Assembly: GCA_036881865.1 (NCBI GenBank)
Contig: JBAJNM010000001.1
Span: forward strand, 22,847 to 86,846
DNA length: 64,000 nucleotides
Source: Parvularculales bacterium
GTDB lineage: Bacteria; Pseudomonadota; Alphaproteobacteria; JAPOUT01; JBAJNM01
Reading direction: 5' to 3'
In this document: positions 1 through 15,034 of the stretch, piece after piece
Position numbering within the stretch: position 1 is the first letter of the stretch
Layout of the letters: every line of letters begins with the position of its first letter
Position numbers and translations under genes: made by a program
Notes under the pieces: generated by a model
Told to the model about the DNA's origin: nothing
The model's input: the letters and a program-made list of their open reading frames with translations, nothing else
The model's database searches: none

Positions 1-1
1 T

Positions 2-262
2 GAGGGGGATGAAGGCTGGATACATCATAGTCTGCTAGATGGCGTGCGCCATGTTCTGGTGAAGAGAACACAAGATGGAACCCTTGCACCACTTTACGAA
101 GCGGATGAGGGAAAGGATCGTGTTGCTCAAGTGCAACTGGGTGTTGTTGGACGCCTTCTAGAGTGTAATTCTACTCGTTGCAGGGTTTCTGTTAGTGGTG
201 AGCGAGGTTGGATTGACAAGACTCAGCTGTGGGGTGTTTATCCTCATGAAGAGCTGGAGTAG
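2..262 (+). CDS. SH3b-domain protein, C-terminal fragment (continues upstream of window)
   Basis: Frame is open from the window edge. Two bacterial SH3-like repeats end in GWIHHSLLDG and GWIDKTQLWGVYP. Confidence 0.45.
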   Translation, partial: EGDEGWIHHSLLDGVRHVLVKRTQDGTLAPLYEADEGKDRVAQVQLGVVGRLLECNSTRCRVSVSGERGWIDKTQLWGVYPHEELE

Positions 263-303
263 GGTTTAATCTGTCATTCAAAATCCGCCGCTAACGCGCC
301 CCG

Positions 304-486
304 CTACACCTCACTCAACACAGCCATGTGGCTATAATTCTCATGGGCCAACCCCAACAATGCCTGCCCATCAAGAGATCGAAACGCTGCAATATGCTCA
401 GATGTAAAATCAAAATGAAGAAAATGCACCGATGACGTCTTGCCATCCGCTATCTTGCGCTCAACATCGTGCTCTGGACGCGCCAT
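304..486 (-). CDS. hypothetical small protein (60 aa)
   Basis: ORF preceded by AGGAG. No recognisable family. Sits in a low-coding region. Confidence 0.2.
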   Translation of the reverse strand: MARPEHDVERKIADGKTSSVHFLHFDFTSEHIAAFRSLDGQALLGLAHENYSHMAVLSEV

Positions 487-1076
487 ACTCCTAACATCCC
501 CAACCTTCTATAAAGGCCGTTAGTTTCACATCTCCCAACCGCATCAAAACAGCACGACAATGGGCCTCATCATCAATTTCAAACATCAACGTTGCTACTA
601 ACTCCGCCTCTTAAGGAATAAGAGGATTATACGCTGCTCATTCATCAGCAATTTGTTCGTCACCACAACACTCTATGTGTAGCATCTCACGAATCTGCTG
701 AAGCACGTGTCGAAATTTTTTAATATAAAATGTAGGGGACTTATATACATCCGTAAATAGACTAGCATATCATTTTCTAGTCAACGATTGTTATGTGAAA
801 TAGACCCATAGATTTATTGGAGGCTGTGCCCAGTTCGCCTATAGACTAAAATCAGGTGTGAAGAGATAAATACCGTTATGGAAACTGTAAACGATAGTAA
901 GAGCGAAGCCACTTAATTGTATAGAAGCCTGAAAGCGTCCAATAGCGCTCTATGAAAGCAGCTAACGAAATTGATGGTTGGATCAGAAGAAGAGCGATTA
1001 GAGGAGTACCCAAAGGGGGAAACCGAATTAGTTCTTCCACTTTGACCAATGAATTCAGACGGTGTGTTATCGCTAA

Positions 1077-3254
<2,178 letters not shown>

Positions 3255-3423
3255 CTACGGCGTCAGAAAAGTCTCCATAATCAAATGCCACAAATCAGTT
3301 TCATACAAGACATCAAACGACTAACGAGCTACCCCAGTTTGGGCTTAACGTCAACTTTAGAATTAAAATAATAATTACCGCACGTCACTACTGTCAATAG
3401 ATTTTTTATACTATTTCTCGCTA

Positions 3424-3921
3424 TTATTCAGCATCCTCAACAGGCGACGCCGTCAACCGAACCATAACATCCACTCTAGAAACCTTCATCCCCGAGGGAA
3501 CATTCTGCCCCCCAGAAAACACCTCGCCAATTTTTAAACTCTCATGCCCCCATTCAACGTCAACCAGTATCCCTTCATCCTCAAGAAAATAATGATAGTG
3601 GGGCGACAAATTAGTATCAAAATAAACACCAGAATTATCCACAATTACTTCCTTGAGCAATCCAGCCTCTGTAAATTGACGAAGTGCATTGTAGACTGTC
3701 GCCAAAGAAACCCCCACGCCAGAATCCAATGCTTCACGATACAGGCTATCCGCCGTAACATGCCGTACTCCCTGCTCAAACAAAAGCCGTCCCAGAGCCA
3801 TACGCTGACGTGTCGGGCGCAGCCCAGCCTGCCGTAACTGCTCAAACACCGAGGTAAAAGCACGCTTTTTCTGTGCGCCTTGCTTGTAGTCTTTTGTCTT
3901 CATAAGGTACATTCTACACAA
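3424..3921 (-). CDS. irr: Fur-family iron response regulator (Irr-like)
   Basis: LRPTRQRMALGRLLF...VSLATVYNALRQFTEAGLL...YFDTN...GM.V..VDVMVRL matches rhizobial Irr. Divergent from fabA, as in Rhizobiales. The true start may be the internal MKTKDYK (about 3903). Confidence 0.8.
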   Translation of the reverse strand: MCRMYLMKTKDYKQGAQKKRAFTSVFEQLRQAGLRPTRQRMALGRLLFEQGVRHVTADSLYREALDSGVGVSLATVYNALRQFTEAGLLKEVIVDNSGVYFDTNLSPHYHYFLEDEGILVDVEWGHESLKIGEVFSGGQNVPSGMKVSRVDVMVRLTASPVEDAE

Positions 3922-4093
3922 ATACCTCTATCTACTCAATAAACAACGCCAGCATTTCTCATAACCCCCCAACGCCCATAAAAAAAGCCACAAAAAAGCG
4001 TGTGTCAGGGTTTTCTTAGCCCGATAGCGCCCTATTATAATAGTATACGGGCCTTAGAGCACGTATCACATTGACAGAAAGCAATTCGGAAAC

Positions 4094-4621
4094 ATGACCG
4101 CATCCCAACCCTATCCTTCTAGTTTTAATAAAGACGCCCTGCTTGAGTGCGGTCATGGAAACCTATTCGGCCCCAACAATGCCCAACTGCCCCTGCCACC
4201 TATGTTGATGTTTGATCGCATTACAGAAATCAGCCACAATGGCGGCGATAACGACAAGGGGTATATGAAGGCCGAGATGGATAATCACCCTGACTTATGG
4301 TTTTACGATTGCCATTTTCGTGGTGATCCGGTTATGCCCGGGTGCTTAGGTGTTGATGCTTTGTGGCAGCTTTTGGGATTTTTTCTGGCTTGGGCGGGAG
4401 GCAAAGGCCGAGGACGTGCGTTGGGGGTTGGAGAAATCAAATTTATCAACATGATAAATCCTGAAACTGAAAAAATAGAATATCATGTTCACATGAAGAG
4501 AGTCATAATGAGGCGTCTGGTTGTTGGAGTTGGCGATGGCCTCTTGATTGCCGATGGCGAAACGGTATACACCGCCACTGACCTCAAGGTTGGGCTGTTT
4601 ACCTCCGATACTGTTTCCTAA
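4094..4621 (+). CDS. fabA: 3-hydroxydecanoyl-ACP dehydratase/isomerase FabA
   Basis: FabA hotdog-fold sequence ([22 protein letters not shown]). Confidence 0.93.
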   Translation: MTASQPYPSSFNKDALLECGHGNLFGPNNAQLPLPPMLMFDRITEISHNGGDNDKGYMKAEMDNHPDLWFYDCHFRGDPVMPGCLGVDALWQLLGFFLAWAGGKGRGRALGVGEIKFINMINPETEKIEYHVHMKRVIMRRLVVGVGDGLLIADGETVYTATDLKVGLFTSDTVS

Positions 4622-4665
4622 AGCGGGGAACACATTAAGATGAGCAACACAGGAAAGATGTAATA

Positions 4666-5880
4666 ATGAGACGAGTCGCCGTAACAGGTATGGGAATTGT
4701 ATCTTGCATTGGCAATAACTCTCAGGAAGTGCTGGCAAGCCTCCGAGAAGGTCGCTCTGGCATTACCGCCGCCGATGATCATAAAGAGTATGGCTTTCGC
4801 AGTCAGGTTCACGGTCGCCCAACGCTGGCCATAGAAGAGGTCGTTGATCGTCGTGCTCGTCGCTTTATGGGGGACGGTGCTGCTTGGAATTATGTGGCCA
4901 TGGAGCAAGCTATCCAAGATGCCGGTCTTGAAAATGGTGATATTCAAAATGAGCGCACCGGCATGGTGATGGGTTCCGGGGGCCCCTCAGTGAGTACTAT
5001 TGTTCAAGCTGCCGATACAACCCGTGAAAAAGGCCCAAAAAAAGTAAGCCCCATGGCAGTGCCCAAAGCCATGTCCAGCACAAATTCAGCCACCCTTGCA
5101 ACGCCGTTTGGTATTCATGGTGTTAATTATTCCATTTCATCTGCATGTGCTACGTCAACCCACTGCATTGGCAATGCCGCTGAACTCATCCAATGGGGCA
5201 AGCAGGATGTTATGTTTGCCGGTGGGGGAGAAAGTTTGGACTGGGCACTCTCTGTCATGTTTGATGCTATGGGGGCTATGTCATCTAACTACAATGATAC
5301 ACCGTCTACCGCTAGTCGTGCTTATGACAAAAATCGTGATGGTTTTGTTATTGCAGGCGGAGCGGGAGTTCTTATTTTGGAGGAGCTTGAGCGTGCCAAA
5401 GCACGGGGGGCTAAAATATATGCTGAAGTTGCAGGCTATGGCGCTACGTCAGATGGTCACGACATGGTGCAGCCCAGTGGCGAGGGGGGTGTGCGATGCA
5501 TGAAGATGGCCATGGCCAATTTAGACCAGCCTGTTGATTATATTAACCCTCATGCCACCTCCACACCGGTGGGAGATGTTATAGAAATTGATGGATTACG
5601 GGAAGTCTTTGGCGATGACATGCCGCCCATTAGTGCGACAAAATCCTTAACCGGACACTCTCTTGGGGCGGCAGGCGTTCAAGAGGCTATTTATTCTCTT
5701 TTGATGATGAATAATAGTTTCATTTGCCCCTCAGCTCATATTGAAGAAATGGACCCAGCGTTTACAGATATTCCTATTATTCAATCGCGATGTGATGATG
5801 TGCGCATTGATTGTATACTCTCGAATAGTTTTGGTTTTGGTGGCACTAACGGAACGCTAGTCTTTACGCGCTATGACTAA
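4666..5880 (+). CDS. fabB: beta-ketoacyl-ACP synthase I FabB
   Basis: 404 aa [18 protein letters not shown]-terminus and the active-site region; follows fabA. Confidence 0.93.
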   Translation: MRRVAVTGMGIVSCIGNNSQEVLASLREGRSGITAADDHKEYGFRSQVHGRPTLAIEEVVDRRARRFMGDGAAWNYVAMEQAIQDAGLENGDIQNERTGMVMGSGGPSVSTIVQAADTTREKGPKKVSPMAVPKAMSSTNSATLATPFGIHGVNYSISSACATSTHCIGNAAELIQWGKQDVMFAGGGESLDWALSVMFDAMGAMSSNYNDTPSTASRAYDKNRDGFVIAGGAGVLILEELERAKARGAKIYAEVAGYGATSDGHDMVQPSGEGGVRCMKMAMANLDQPVDYINPHATSTPVGDVIEIDGLREVFGDDMPPISATKSLTGHSLGAAGVQEAIYSLLMMNNSFICPSAHIEEMDPAFTDIPIIQSRCDDVRIDCILSNSFGFGGTNGTLVFTRYD

Positions 5881-6727
5881 TAAAACTGCAGGGCCTGCCA
5901 TGTCCCCCCCCAGCCCCCTAATGGCGGGGCGGCGAGGCCTTGTTATGGGGGTTGCTAATGACCATTCCATTGCGTGGGGTATTGCACAGTTGCTTGCCAG
6001 CCACGGAGCCGAAATGGCTTTTACCTATCAGGGTGACGCTTTGTTGCGGCGCGTTAAACCTTTAGCTGAAAGCCTTAACGCTCCTCTTATCTTGCCGTGC
6101 GATGTAACCAACGATAATGATTTGGATCAACTCTTGAGCACCCTTGAAAGAGAATGGCAAACGTTAGATTTTGTAGTGCACGCCATTGCGTGGTCCGGGA
6201 AAGATCAACTCCAAGGGGCTTATATCAATACTGATAGAGATAGTTTTCTCAAAACTATGGATATATCCTGCTATTCCCTAACGGCTATAGCACAACGCAT
6301 AGCACCCTTAATGACGGGCGAGACAGGGGGGGGAATAATCACGCTCAGCTACGGAGGCAGTGAGCGTGTCATGCCCAGCTACAACGTCATGGGGGTCGCT
6401 AAGGCTGCTCTTGAATCTAGCGTGCGATATTTGGCTGCGGACTTAGGTCCGCAAGGTGTGCGCATTAATGCTATTTCGGCAGGGCCAGTGCGCACCTTGT
6501 CGGGGGCAGCCGTTGCCGGAGCACGTAGAGTTGCCAAATGGAGCCAACGCCATGCAGCTTTACCGGACGTTACAATCGAGCCTGACCATGTAGCCGGAGC
6601 CGCTCTTTATTTGCTCAGCGACTTATCAACCAGGGTAACCGGTGAAGTTTTATATGTAGATGCCGGATACCGCACCATGGGGATGCCCCGCGGAGACAGT
6701 CTAGCTACCTTGACAGACGATGCCTAG
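5873..6727 (+). CDS. fabI: enoyl-ACP reductase (NADH) FabI
   Basis: [18 protein letters not shown] Rossmann motif and the [22 protein letters not shown] catalytic region. The start is probably internal. Confidence 0.9.
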   Translation: MTNKTAGPAMSPPSPLMAGRRGLVMGVANDHSIAWGIAQLLASHGAEMAFTYQGDALLRRVKPLAESLNAPLILPCDVTNDNDLDQLLSTLEREWQTLDFVVHAIAWSGKDQLQGAYINTDRDSFLKTMDISCYSLTAIAQRIAPLMTGETGGGIITLSYGGSERVMPSYNVMGVAKAALESSVRYLAADLGPQGVRINAISAGPVRTLSGAAVAGARRVAKWSQRHAALPDVTIEPDHVAGAALYLLSDLSTRVTGEVLYVDAGYRTMGMPRGDSLATLTDDA

Positions 6728-6755
6728 CATCAAAACAACGCTGGCTTAACGCATC

Positions 6756-8900
6756 TTAATTGTTTTCGCGGCCACGACGGGGAGGGTGGTCTTCGCCAGA
6801 CATTTCCTCACCAGTTTCTTGATCTACAACTTTCATAGACAGGCGAATCTTACCCCTATCATCAAAGCCTAACAATTTAACCTTCACCGTGTCGCCCTCA
6901 TTGACGATATCCGTCACCTTATTGACTCGATAGGATGCCAACTGAGAGATATGCACTAGTCCATCCCGGCGGCCAAAGAAGTTCACGAAAGCTCCGAAAT
7001 CCATAACCTTAACCACACGGCCTTCATAAATGGTGCCAACTTCAGGCTCTGCCACAATGGATTTAATCCAATTAATTGCGGCCTTAATCACTTCCGGATC
7101 GCTAGAGGCCACTTTAATGGCCCCATCATCGGAAATATCCACTTTAGCTCCTGTAGTCTCCACAATCTCCCGAACCACCTTGCCACCAGAACCTATTACA
7201 TCACGGATTTTATCGACCGGCACATTAATCACCTCAATGCGCGGCACATATTCACCCATTTCCTCACGGGCCGTACCAAGAGTGCGATTCATTTCTGAGA
7301 GTATATGCATCCGGCCTTGTTTTGCCTGACTAAGAGCCTGAGACATAACATCTTCCGTGATGCCGGTTATTTTTATATCCATCTGTAGTGCCGTAACACC
7401 TATGTCAGTGCCAGCCACTTTGAAGTCCATATCGCCTAGATGATCTTCATCGCCTAGAATGTCAGAGAGAACCGCAAAGCGATCTCCTTCCTTAATCAGC
7501 CCCATGGCTATACCAGCTACTGGCCGTCCCAACGGCACACCCGCATCCATCACGGCTAGTGATCCACCGCAAACGGTTGCCATGGATGATGACCCGTTGG
7601 ACTCTGTTATCTCAGAGACCACCCGCATAGTGTAGGGAAAATCTGCATGGCCCGGCAACATGGCCCGCAACGCCCGCCAAGCCAATTTGCCATGACCCAC
7701 CTCGCGACGACCCGTAAATCCTACTCGCCCTGTTTCACCAACCGAATAGGGGGGGAAATTATAATGAAGTAGAAAATGCTCCCTATAGGTCTTATCCAAC
7801 CCATCTACAAATTGCTCATCTTCACTGGTGCCCAACGTGGTAACCACCAATGCTTGGGTCTCACCACGGGTAAACAACGCGCTGCCATGGGCACGAGGCA
7901 AAATACCAACCTCACAACTTATGGGGCGTACTGTTTCAAGGTCGCGACCATCAATGCGCCGTTTGTTATCCAGAATAGCGGTGCGGACAACATCCTTTTC
8001 CAACTTGCCAAACACCTCACTAGCCACAGGGTCATGCCCATCAGCATATGCCGGCTCACCAAGAGATGCCAGCACCGTATCGCGCACTTGAGCTACAGCA
8101 CTTTGCCGCTCTTTTTTATCAGCAATAGTATAAGCGCTCTTCAAGTTCTCTTCGGCTAAGGTACGTATTTTCACCACCAAATCTCTATAGTCTACCGCCT
8201 CTACTTCACGAGGCGGCTTAGCGCACGTCTTAGCCATACGAACAATTGCCTCAATTACCGGCTGCATAGAGCGATGCCCAAACATAACCGCCCCCAACAT
8301 ATTCTCTTCAGACAATTCTTTAGCTTCCGATTCAACCATCAACACAGCATCTCTCACCCCAGCTACAACCAAATCAAGATCACTCTCCATTACCTGACCT
8401 ATAGTGGGATTTAAGACAAAATCACCATCCATGTAGCCAACACGAGCCGCCCCGATTGGCCCTAAAAAAGGAATGCCGGAAAAGGTCAGCGCCGCAGAGG
8501 TTGCCACCATAGCCACAATGTCAGGATCATTTTCTAGATCATGAGACAACACCATGGCTATCACCTGAGTATCGTTTTTGAACTCCTTAGCAAACAAAGG
8601 ACGAATGGGCCTGTCAATCAACCGTGAGACCAGTGTTTCTTTTTCTGAAGGGCGTCCCTCGCGCTTGAAATAACCGCCAGGGATTTTCCCAGCCGCATAG
8701 GTTTTTTCCTGATAATTCACTGTAAGAGGAAAGAAATTTGCTCCCACTCTAGGCTGGCGCTCTGCCACCACTGTCGCCAAAACTGTTGTATCACCATAGG
8801 TGACCACAGCGGCACCATCCGCTTGACGGGCTATTTTCCCCGTTTCAATTACAAGAGGCCTACCACCCCAATCTAATTCTTCACGCACTACGTCAAACAT
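6756..8900 (-). CDS. pnp: polynucleotide phosphorylase
   Basis: 714 aa with two RNase PH domains plus KH and S1 domains. Lies downstream of rpsO. Confidence 0.95.
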   Translation of the reverse strand: MFDVVREELDWGGRPLVIETGKIARQADGAAVVTYGDTTVLATVVAERQPRVGANFFPLTVNYQEKTYAAGKIPGGYFKREGRPSEKETLVSRLIDRPIRPLFAKEFKNDTQVIAMVLSHDLENDPDIVAMVATSAALTFSGIPFLGPIGAARVGYMDGDFVLNPTIGQVMESDLDLVVAGVRDAVLMVESEAKELSEENMLGAVMFGHRSMQPVIEAIVRMAKTCAKPPREVEAVDYRDLVVKIRTLAEENLKSAYTIADKKERQSAVAQVRDTVLASLGEPAYADGHDPVASEVFGKLEKDVVRTAILDNKRRIDGRDLETVRPISCEVGILPRAHGSALFTRGETQALVVTTLGTSEDEQFVDGLDKTYREHFLLHYNFPPYSVGETGRVGFTGRREVGHGKLAWRALRAMLPGHADFPYTMRVVSEITESNGSSSMATVCGGSLAVMDAGVPLGRPVAGIAMGLIKEGDRFAVLSDILGDEDHLGDMDFKVAGTDIGVTALQMDIKITGITEDVMSQALSQAKQGRMHILSEMNRTLGTAREEMGEYVPRIEVINVPVDKIRDVIGSGGKVVREIVETTGAKVDISDDGAIKVASSDPEVIKAAINWIKSIVAEPEVGTIYEGRVVKVMDFGAFVNFFGRRDGLVHISQLASYRVNKVTDIVNEGDTVKVKLLGFDDRGKIRLSMKVVDQETGEEMSGEDHPPRRGRENN

Positions 8901-9019
8901 ACCTTTTTCCTATCTTTCCATCATGCAATGATCGTCATTACTCAACATTATTATTTACATCACTTAGCCTTGCCTTCAGAAACCTGCACAACTAACCTGT
9001 TTGTCAATTTGTTTGCTAC

Positions 9020-9289
9020 CTAGCGCCTTAATCCCAACCGTTCAACGAGAGCCTCATAACGCGCGACATCGCGTGACTTTACATAGTCCAATAGTTTGCG
9101 CCTCTTGCTTACCATCTTCAAAAGACCGCGCCTCGAATGATTATCCTTAGCGTGAGATTTGAAATGCCCGGTCAGGGTTTTGATGCGATCTGTCAAAATG
9201 GCGACCTGCACCTCTGGTGAACCTGTATCTTTATCAGCTCGCGCATATTCTTTTATTATGTCTTGTTTTCTTTCAGGTGTAATAGACAT
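9020..9289 (-). CDS. rpsO: 30S ribosomal protein S15
   Basis: 89 aa canonical S15. Confidence 0.95.
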   Translation of the reverse strand: MSITPERKQDIIKEYARADKDTGSPEVQVAILTDRIKTLTGHFKSHAKDNHSRRGLLKMVSKRRKLLDYVKSRDVARYEALVERLGLRR

Positions 9290-9328
9290 CCTATATCTCC
9301 TGCCAACTCTCCTGTTTCTTACCCGTTT

Positions 9329-10255
9329 TCACCCAGCATTATTGAAAACCCGCGAAGGTTTCATTTCACCGCATTCATAATCTACTAATGCCACCGGATT
9401 CCCTGCAACAACCGCTACCACCTCACCGCTTTGAGCCGGCGCATCGCAACTGCGCAACACAACCGCTTGTCCTTGCCTGAGGCGCGCCGCATCCCCATCG
9501 CTGACTGTCAAGGTCGGCACACCCACAAGAACCGCAGAAAGCGGCTTCAAACAAGCAACCAAGTCCAGCGTCTTCGTCTCACTATGGCCCAACGCGACCA
9601 ACTTATCCAGCGGAATTGAATGAGACTCATCAAAAATGCCCAATCTGGTGCGACGCAATGCCGTCACATGGCCATAAGTACCCAACATCCGCCCCAAATC
9701 CCGCGCTAACGCCCGAATATAAAACCCTGTGCCACAAGTCACTTCCATTTCAGTTTCGTCCGCTGAAACCATGGACAGCACCTTACCGCCCATAAACTGG
9801 ACAGAACGAGGTGCTAACTCTGTGTCTATCCCCTGACGTGCCAAGTCATACGCCCGACGCCCCTGCACCCAAACCGCCGAATACCGCGGTGGGATCTGAG
9901 CCAACACTTCGTCAAAACTGCCAAGAGCGGCTACAATCTCTTCTCTGTGGGGCCGCTTATTACTTTCAGATATAATTTTTCCCATGACATCATCGGTATC
10001 CGTTTCCTGCCCCCAACGTACCGTAAACTGATAGGTCTTATCGAACCTCGTCACAAACCGCATGACTTTAGTAGCCTCTCCCAAAGCAACCGGCAAAATA
10101 CCGGTCGCCAAAGGATCAAGCGTTCCCCCATGACCCGCCTTTGCCGCCTTAAAGAGACAACGTACCTTGCCCACCACCGCCGTAGAAGTGGAGCCCCCTG
10201 GCTTGTCCACAACGACCCAGCCAGTAATAGGCTCACATTTATTCTGCCGTCTCAT
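9329..10255 (-). CDS. truB: tRNA pseudouridine(55) synthase TruB
   Basis: GWVVVDKPGGSTS...GHGGTLDPLATGILPVALGEATK catalytic motif. Confidence 0.93.
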   Translation of the reverse strand: MRRQNKCEPITGWVVVDKPGGSTSTAVVGKVRCLFKAAKAGHGGTLDPLATGILPVALGEATKVMRFVTRFDKTYQFTVRWGQETDTDDVMGKIISESNKRPHREEIVAALGSFDEVLAQIPPRYSAVWVQGRRAYDLARQGIDTELAPRSVQFMGGKVLSMVSADETEMEVTCGTGFYIRALARDLGRMLGTYGHVTALRRTRLGIFDESHSIPLDKLVALGHSETKTLDLVACLKPLSAVLVGVPTLTVSDGDAARLRQGQAVVLRSCDAPAQSGEVVAVVAGNPVALVDYECGEMKPSRVFNNAG

Positions 10256-10698
10256 TGCCCTGTCTCACTGGCCGTATCTGCGTATGTTGAGGCCAACAGG
10301 CGATTCATCTTTTCTACATTCTCAAACGAGCGATCTACCACAAAAGAAAGTGCTGGTGTGTTTTTAAGACGAATACGGCACCCCAATTCATACCGTAACG
10401 CACCTCGCACACGCATCAACGCCGCTACTGCTTCTTCTACATGATGACCACCAAGGGTAATGACAAAAACTGTGGCGTTTTTTAAGTCAGGACTAACCCG
10501 TACTTCCGTAATGGTTATGTTTGCTTTTTCCAATACACGGTCATAAAGACTACCCGAGCGCACAATCTCGCACAGCACCTGACGCAACAATTCGCCAACC
10601 CGTAAACATCTCTGGCTTGGTGCTCCAACGGAAGCACTGGACGTAAATCTTCTCGTCATACCGTTGTCCTCTTGAAATGCAAAATGCTGCCGGAGCAT
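10252..10698 (-). CDS. rbfA: ribosome-binding factor A
   Basis: RbfA KH-like domain. Position between infB and truB. Confidence 0.9.
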   Translation of the reverse strand: MLRQHFAFQEDNGMTRRFTSSASVGAPSQRCLRVGELLRQVLCEIVRSGSLYDRVLEKANITITEVRVSPDLKNATVFVITLGGHHVEEAVAALMRVRGALRYELGCRIRLKNTPALSFVVDRSFENVEKMNRLLASTYADTASETGQ

Positions 10699-13338
10699 CT
10701 ACAGGCTACGCTCAATACGTTCTACCTCAAAACATTCAATAACATCGCCCTGTTTGACGTCTTGATAATTTTCAAGAGAGATGCCGCATTCTTGGCCCGT
10801 TGCAACCTCGGCCACATCATCCGTAAACCGCTTTAAGGTCGCCAACGCCCCTTGATGAACGACTGTATCATCACGAATAAGACGAACATGAGTACCACGG
10901 CGCACTGAGCCCTCACGAACCTGACAGCCCGCAACCCGACCCGCTTTAGAGACAGTAAACGTCTCCAACACTGCCGCTTTACCAATAACATTTTCTCGCA
11001 TTTCTGGTTCCAAAAAGCCGCTCATTACTTTTCGCATATCATCAATGAGTTCATAGATAACCGAATAACACCGAACATCAACGCCCGCTTTTTGTGCTGC
11101 CTCACGAGCTAATGCATTGGGCCTCACATTAAAAGCCAAAATGAGCCCTTCACTTGCAGAGGCTAACGCTACATCAGATTCTGTAATACCACCTGCACCT
11201 ACATGGATGACACGAACCTTCACTTCATCAGAACCCGCCCCCAACCTATCCAACCCCTGAGCGATCGCCTCACCAGAGCCTTGAGCATCAGCCTTAATTA
11301 CCACTGGCAGTTCGCAGCTTTCTTTTTTGCCCACCTGATTCATTAAACTTGCCAACGACCCTCGTACAACATTGCCGGCGCGTCTTTCGCGAAGTTGTCG
11401 TTGACGATATTCCGTAATTTCACGGGCTCGAGCTTCATTTTCTACTACATGAAATTGATCCCCCGATACTGGCATTCCATTCATGCCCAAAACCTCAACC
11501 GGCATAGAAGGATACGCTTCTTTTACGGCTTCACCCTTGTCATCTATTAATGTGCGCACCCGCCCCCATTCAGCACCAGCGACGAAAATATCACCAGCCC
11601 GCAATGTCCCGCGTTGCACCAGCACGGTGGCTACCTGTCCACGGCCTCTATCCAACCGTGCATCAATAATAACACCGTCTGCCGTGCGTGTTGGATTGGC
11701 TTTTAGTTCCAAAATCTCAGCTTGCAACAAAACAGCCTCTGTAAGTTTATCTACCCCATCACCAGTTTCGGCAGAAACCTCCACGCACAAGACAGCCCCC
11801 CCTCCAGCTTCCGTAATCACGCCATGTTGCAACAATTCACCACGTACCTTATCAGGATCAGCCTCCGGCTTGTCCATCTTGTTAAGGGCTACAATGATTG
11901 GAACACCAGCCGCGAGGGCATGATTGATAGATTCTATAGTTTGCGGCATGACTCCGTCATCAGCTGCCACAACAAGAATGACAATATCGGTTACCATAGT
12001 GCCTCGGGCGCGCATGGATGTAAAAACCTCATGGCCTGGCGTATCAAGAAATGTAATACGCGTACCACCCTCAAGGGTTACCTGATAGGCTCCTATGTGC
12101 TGGGTAATGCCGCCTGCTTCTCCTGCCGCTATATCCGTGCGTCGCAGGATGTCCAAAAGAGATGTTTTGCCGTGGTCAACATGACCCATGATGGTCACAA
12201 CCGGTGCGCGGGAAACTATATCTTCTGGGTTATCTTCTTCACCACCAAGCCCTTCCTCCACGTCAGATTCTGCCACACGCACCACCTTATGCCCTAATTC
12301 TTCGGCAATCAGCTGGGCGGTATCTGAATCAATAACGTCATTGATTTTAGCCATAGTTCCTTGTTGCATTAGAATTTTTATTATATCCACCGCCCGTTCA
12401 GCCATGCGGTTTGCCAACTCCTGAATCGTAATTACTTCCGGAATAACAACTTCACGAGAAACTTTCTTGGTAGGCATTTCCACACCAGAGGCTTTCAACG
12501 CCTGTTTTTTTTCGCGCTCTCGATGGCGACGTATGGCTGCCATAGAACGCTGACGACTATCATCCTTCAGAGCATTAGCGATGGTTAATTTGCCCGCACG
12601 GCGGGGACGCTCTTCCCGGCGACCCTGAGAGGGCTTGCGGGGCGAGGCTCTCTCATCACGCCGTCCACGGCCTGACCCACCTTCACTATCGGTATCCACC
12701 CCTTCGTTGCTATCAGAGGCTTTCAGACGCCTTGCCGCTTCCATCTCGGCAGCTTGTCGGGCGGTTTCTTCCTCAGCCTTGCGGCGGGCTTCTTCTTCCT
12801 CACGATGGCTAGCCTCGGCAGCTTCTCGCTCCCGGCGTACACTTTCTTCTTGTTCGCGAACCCGTGCCTCTTCAGCTTTTCGACGGTCTTCTGCTTCTCG
12901 GATACGAGCTTGATCCAACGCTGAGGCACGTGCTTTTTTTTCCTCAGCCGTTAGTGTCCGCAGCACAACGCCGGGCCTGGCTCCCTCTCCTGCTCCTTCT
13001 GGTGTGATATTTTCTATTGTATTTTCTATGGATGATGCCCGTTTAGGAGTATCCCGATAGCGCTCAGCCCGCACTGCTGGTGTCGGCGAAAGCGTACCTC
13101 CCTTAGAGGAAACTGATTTTTTCGGTTCCGGTGCTGGTGTTGCAATCGCCTCTTTGGACTTAGCATCCATAGATGACGATTTAGAGACAACAACCGTGCG
13201 ACGACGCTTTTTTTCCACCACCACAGATTTGGAGCGCCCACGTGAAAAACTTTGTTGCACCTGACTGCCGTCCGTTTGCGCTTTTAAAGTGCGCCGCCCA
13301 CCGCCTGTTTTACTTTCTCTATCATCAGAATCTGTCAT
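10699..13338 (-). CDS. infB: translation initiation factor IF-2
   Basis: 879 aa. GTPase G-motifs ([21 protein letters not shown]) and an E/A/R-rich low-complexity N-terminal region. Confidence 0.96.
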   Translation of the reverse strand: MTDSDDRESKTGGGRRTLKAQTDGSQVQQSFSRGRSKSVVVEKKRRRTVVVSKSSSMDAKSKEAIATPAPEPKKSVSSKGGTLSPTPAVRAERYRDTPKRASSIENTIENITPEGAGEGARPGVVLRTLTAEEKKARASALDQARIREAEDRRKAEEARVREQEESVRREREAAEASHREEEEARRKAEEETARQAAEMEAARRLKASDSNEGVDTDSEGGSGRGRRDERASPRKPSQGRREERPRRAGKLTIANALKDDSRQRSMAAIRRHREREKKQALKASGVEMPTKKVSREVVIPEVITIQELANRMAERAVDIIKILMQQGTMAKINDVIDSDTAQLIAEELGHKVVRVAESDVEEGLGGEEDNPEDIVSRAPVVTIMGHVDHGKTSLLDILRRTDIAAGEAGGITQHIGAYQVTLEGGTRITFLDTPGHEVFTSMRARGTMVTDIVILVVAADDGVMPQTIESINHALAAGVPIIVALNKMDKPEADPDKVRGELLQHGVITEAGGGAVLCVEVSAETGDGVDKLTEAVLLQAEILELKANPTRTADGVIIDARLDRGRGQVATVLVQRGTLRAGDIFVAGAEWGRVRTLIDDKGEAVKEAYPSMPVEVLGMNGMPVSGDQFHVVENEARAREITEYRQRQLRERRAGNVVRGSLASLMNQVGKKESCELPVVIKADAQGSGEAIAQGLDRLGAGSDEVKVRVIHVGAGGITESDVALASASEGLILAFNVRPNALAREAAQKAGVDVRCYSVIYELIDDMRKVMSGFLEPEMRENVIGKAAVLETFTVSKAGRVAGCQVREGSVRRGTHVRLIRDDTVVHQGALATLKRFTDDVAEVATGQECGISLENYQDVKQGDVIECFEVERIERSL

Positions 13339-15005
13339 AACGCGCTCTCGCCTTTTTCTGCTTGTGCCGCCTCGCTAGAACTTCCTTCTAATCCATTTGA
13401 CTCTTCTACCTCACTCTCTTTTACCTCTTGGTCTTCTGCCTCCATAGCAGCTAAGTCTTCCGCCGTAACCCAACCCGCAGCCAGACGCGCATTCATCACA
13501 AGTGCTTCTGCATCCTCAATCTCAAGGGAAAACTCTTCCAAAATCCCCGGCTCGCGACGACGCTCTCCATCAACAAACTCAACCCACCCCCTCAAGTCAT
13601 CACTCGCACACCCGGCCAAATCTTCAATCGTACGGATTTCATTTTTTCCGAACGTAACCAACATGGGTAGCGTGACACCCTCAACCTCAGCAAGGGAATC
13701 CTCAACACCCAAAGAGCGCCGTTCTTCTTCCATCTCTGCGTTGCGACGTTCTATGCAATCATGCGCCCGCGATTGCAGCTCAGCTACCATGTCTGCATCA
13801 AAGCCCTCTATCTCTGTAATCTCATCGGGAGACACAAACGCTACTTCATCAATGGTGCTGAAGCCTTCTGAAGCCAACAGCTGAGCGATGACGCTGTCTA
13901 CATCCAGTTCTTCCATAAAGAGATCACGGCGCTCGGCGAATTCTTTTTGACGGCGCTCTGATTCTTCAGCTTCTGTGAGAATATCTATCGTCCAACCAGA
14001 GAGTTTAGATGCTAGTCGCACATTCTGTCCACGCCGCCCAATGGCCAAACTGAGTTGATCATCAGGGACCACCACTTCAATGCAACGGTCGTCTTCGTCC
14101 ATCACCACCTTAGAGACCGCCGCCGGTGCTAGCGCATTGACGATAAACGTCGCTGGATCATCAGCCCAGGTGATAATGTCGATTTTCTCGCCTTGGAGTT
14201 CATTGACCACCGCTTGGACACGACTGCCTCTCATACCTACACATGCACCTACCGGATCAACGGAGAAATCGTTGGAGATGACGGCAATTTTGGCGCGACT
14301 ACCCGGATCACGAGCGATGTGTCGGATTTCTATGATGCCATCGTAAATCTCCGGCACCTCTTGCGAAAACAAACCGGCCATAAACTCCGGACGTGTGCGA
14401 GAGAGAAAAATCTGCGGCCCATGAGTTTCACGACGCACGTCATAGATGATAGCGCGAATGCGATCACCCGTGCGAAACATCTCCCGCGGCAACCCCTCGT
14501 CACGACGCATCATGCCTTCGCCACGACCCATATCTACTACTACATTGCCATATTCGGCTCGCTTAACAATACCATTTACAATTTCACCGACACGGTCTTT
14601 ATATTCTTCGTATTGTTGCTCACGCTCGGCCTCACGCACCTTCTGCACAATAACCTGCTTGGCGGCTTGCGCAGCAATACGACTAAAATCAACCGGTGGC
14701 AAATCATCTGCAATCCAATCGCCCACCGTTGCCGCCGGATTACGCACTCGTGCGCCATCAATGGAGATCTGTATTGCGTCATTGTCGACCACATCCACCA
14801 CCTCAAGCAGACGTGCTAAACGCACCTCACCGGTCTTGGGATTAATCTCTGCGCGAATTTCATTTTCCGACCCATATCGCGAGCGCGCCGCACGCTGAAT
14901 GGCTTCTTCCATAGCATCAATCACAATCGCCTGATCAATAGACTTCTCACGTGCAACTGCATCGGCGATTTGTATTAATTCAAGCCTGTTTGCGCTTACT
15001 GCCAT
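13335..15005 (-). CDS. nusA: transcription termination/antitermination factor NusA
   Basis: S1, KH and AR (HhH) domains. Acidic C-terminal tail typical of alphaproteobacteria. Confidence 0.95.
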   Translation of the reverse strand: MAVSANRLELIQIADAVAREKSIDQAIVIDAMEEAIQRAARSRYGSENEIRAEINPKTGEVRLARLLEVVDVVDNDAIQISIDGARVRNPAATVGDWIADDLPPVDFSRIAAQAAKQVIVQKVREAEREQQYEEYKDRVGEIVNGIVKRAEYGNVVVDMGRGEGMMRRDEGLPREMFRTGDRIRAIIYDVRRETHGPQIFLSRTRPEFMAGLFSQEVPEIYDGIIEIRHIARDPGSRAKIAVISNDFSVDPVGACVGMRGSRVQAVVNELQGEKIDIITWADDPATFIVNALAPAAVSKVVMDEDDRCIEVVVPDDQLSLAIGRRGQNVRLASKLSGWTIDILTEAEESERRQKEFAERRDLFMEELDVDSVIAQLLASEGFSTIDEVAFVSPDEITEIEGFDADMVAELQSRAHDCIERRNAEMEEERRSLGVEDSLAEVEGVTLPMLVTFGKNEIRTIEDLAGCASDDLRGWVEFVDGERRREPGILEEFSLEIEDAEALVMNARLAAGWVTAEDLAAMEAEDQEVKESEVEESNGLEGSSSEAAQAEKGESAL

Positions 15006-15034
15006 AATAATCTCCTGTAAAAAAACCTATAATA

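Noticed and set aside
3922-4093. Search for an Irr ICE box (TTTAGAA-N3-TTCTAAA) in the irr-fabA divergent promoter region
   Set aside because: No match better than half-site level was found.
11483-12913. Antisense ORFs (146-191 aa) and a repetitive E/A/R-coding tract within infB
   Set aside because: The repetitiveness is the known low-complexity N-terminal region of IF-2. The antisense ORFs have no homology or signals. It is not a CRISPR array or a tandem-repeat element.
14193-14898. 208-aa and 150-aa ORFs antisense to nusA
   Set aside because: They overlap the conserved NusA coding sequence and show no independent evidence.
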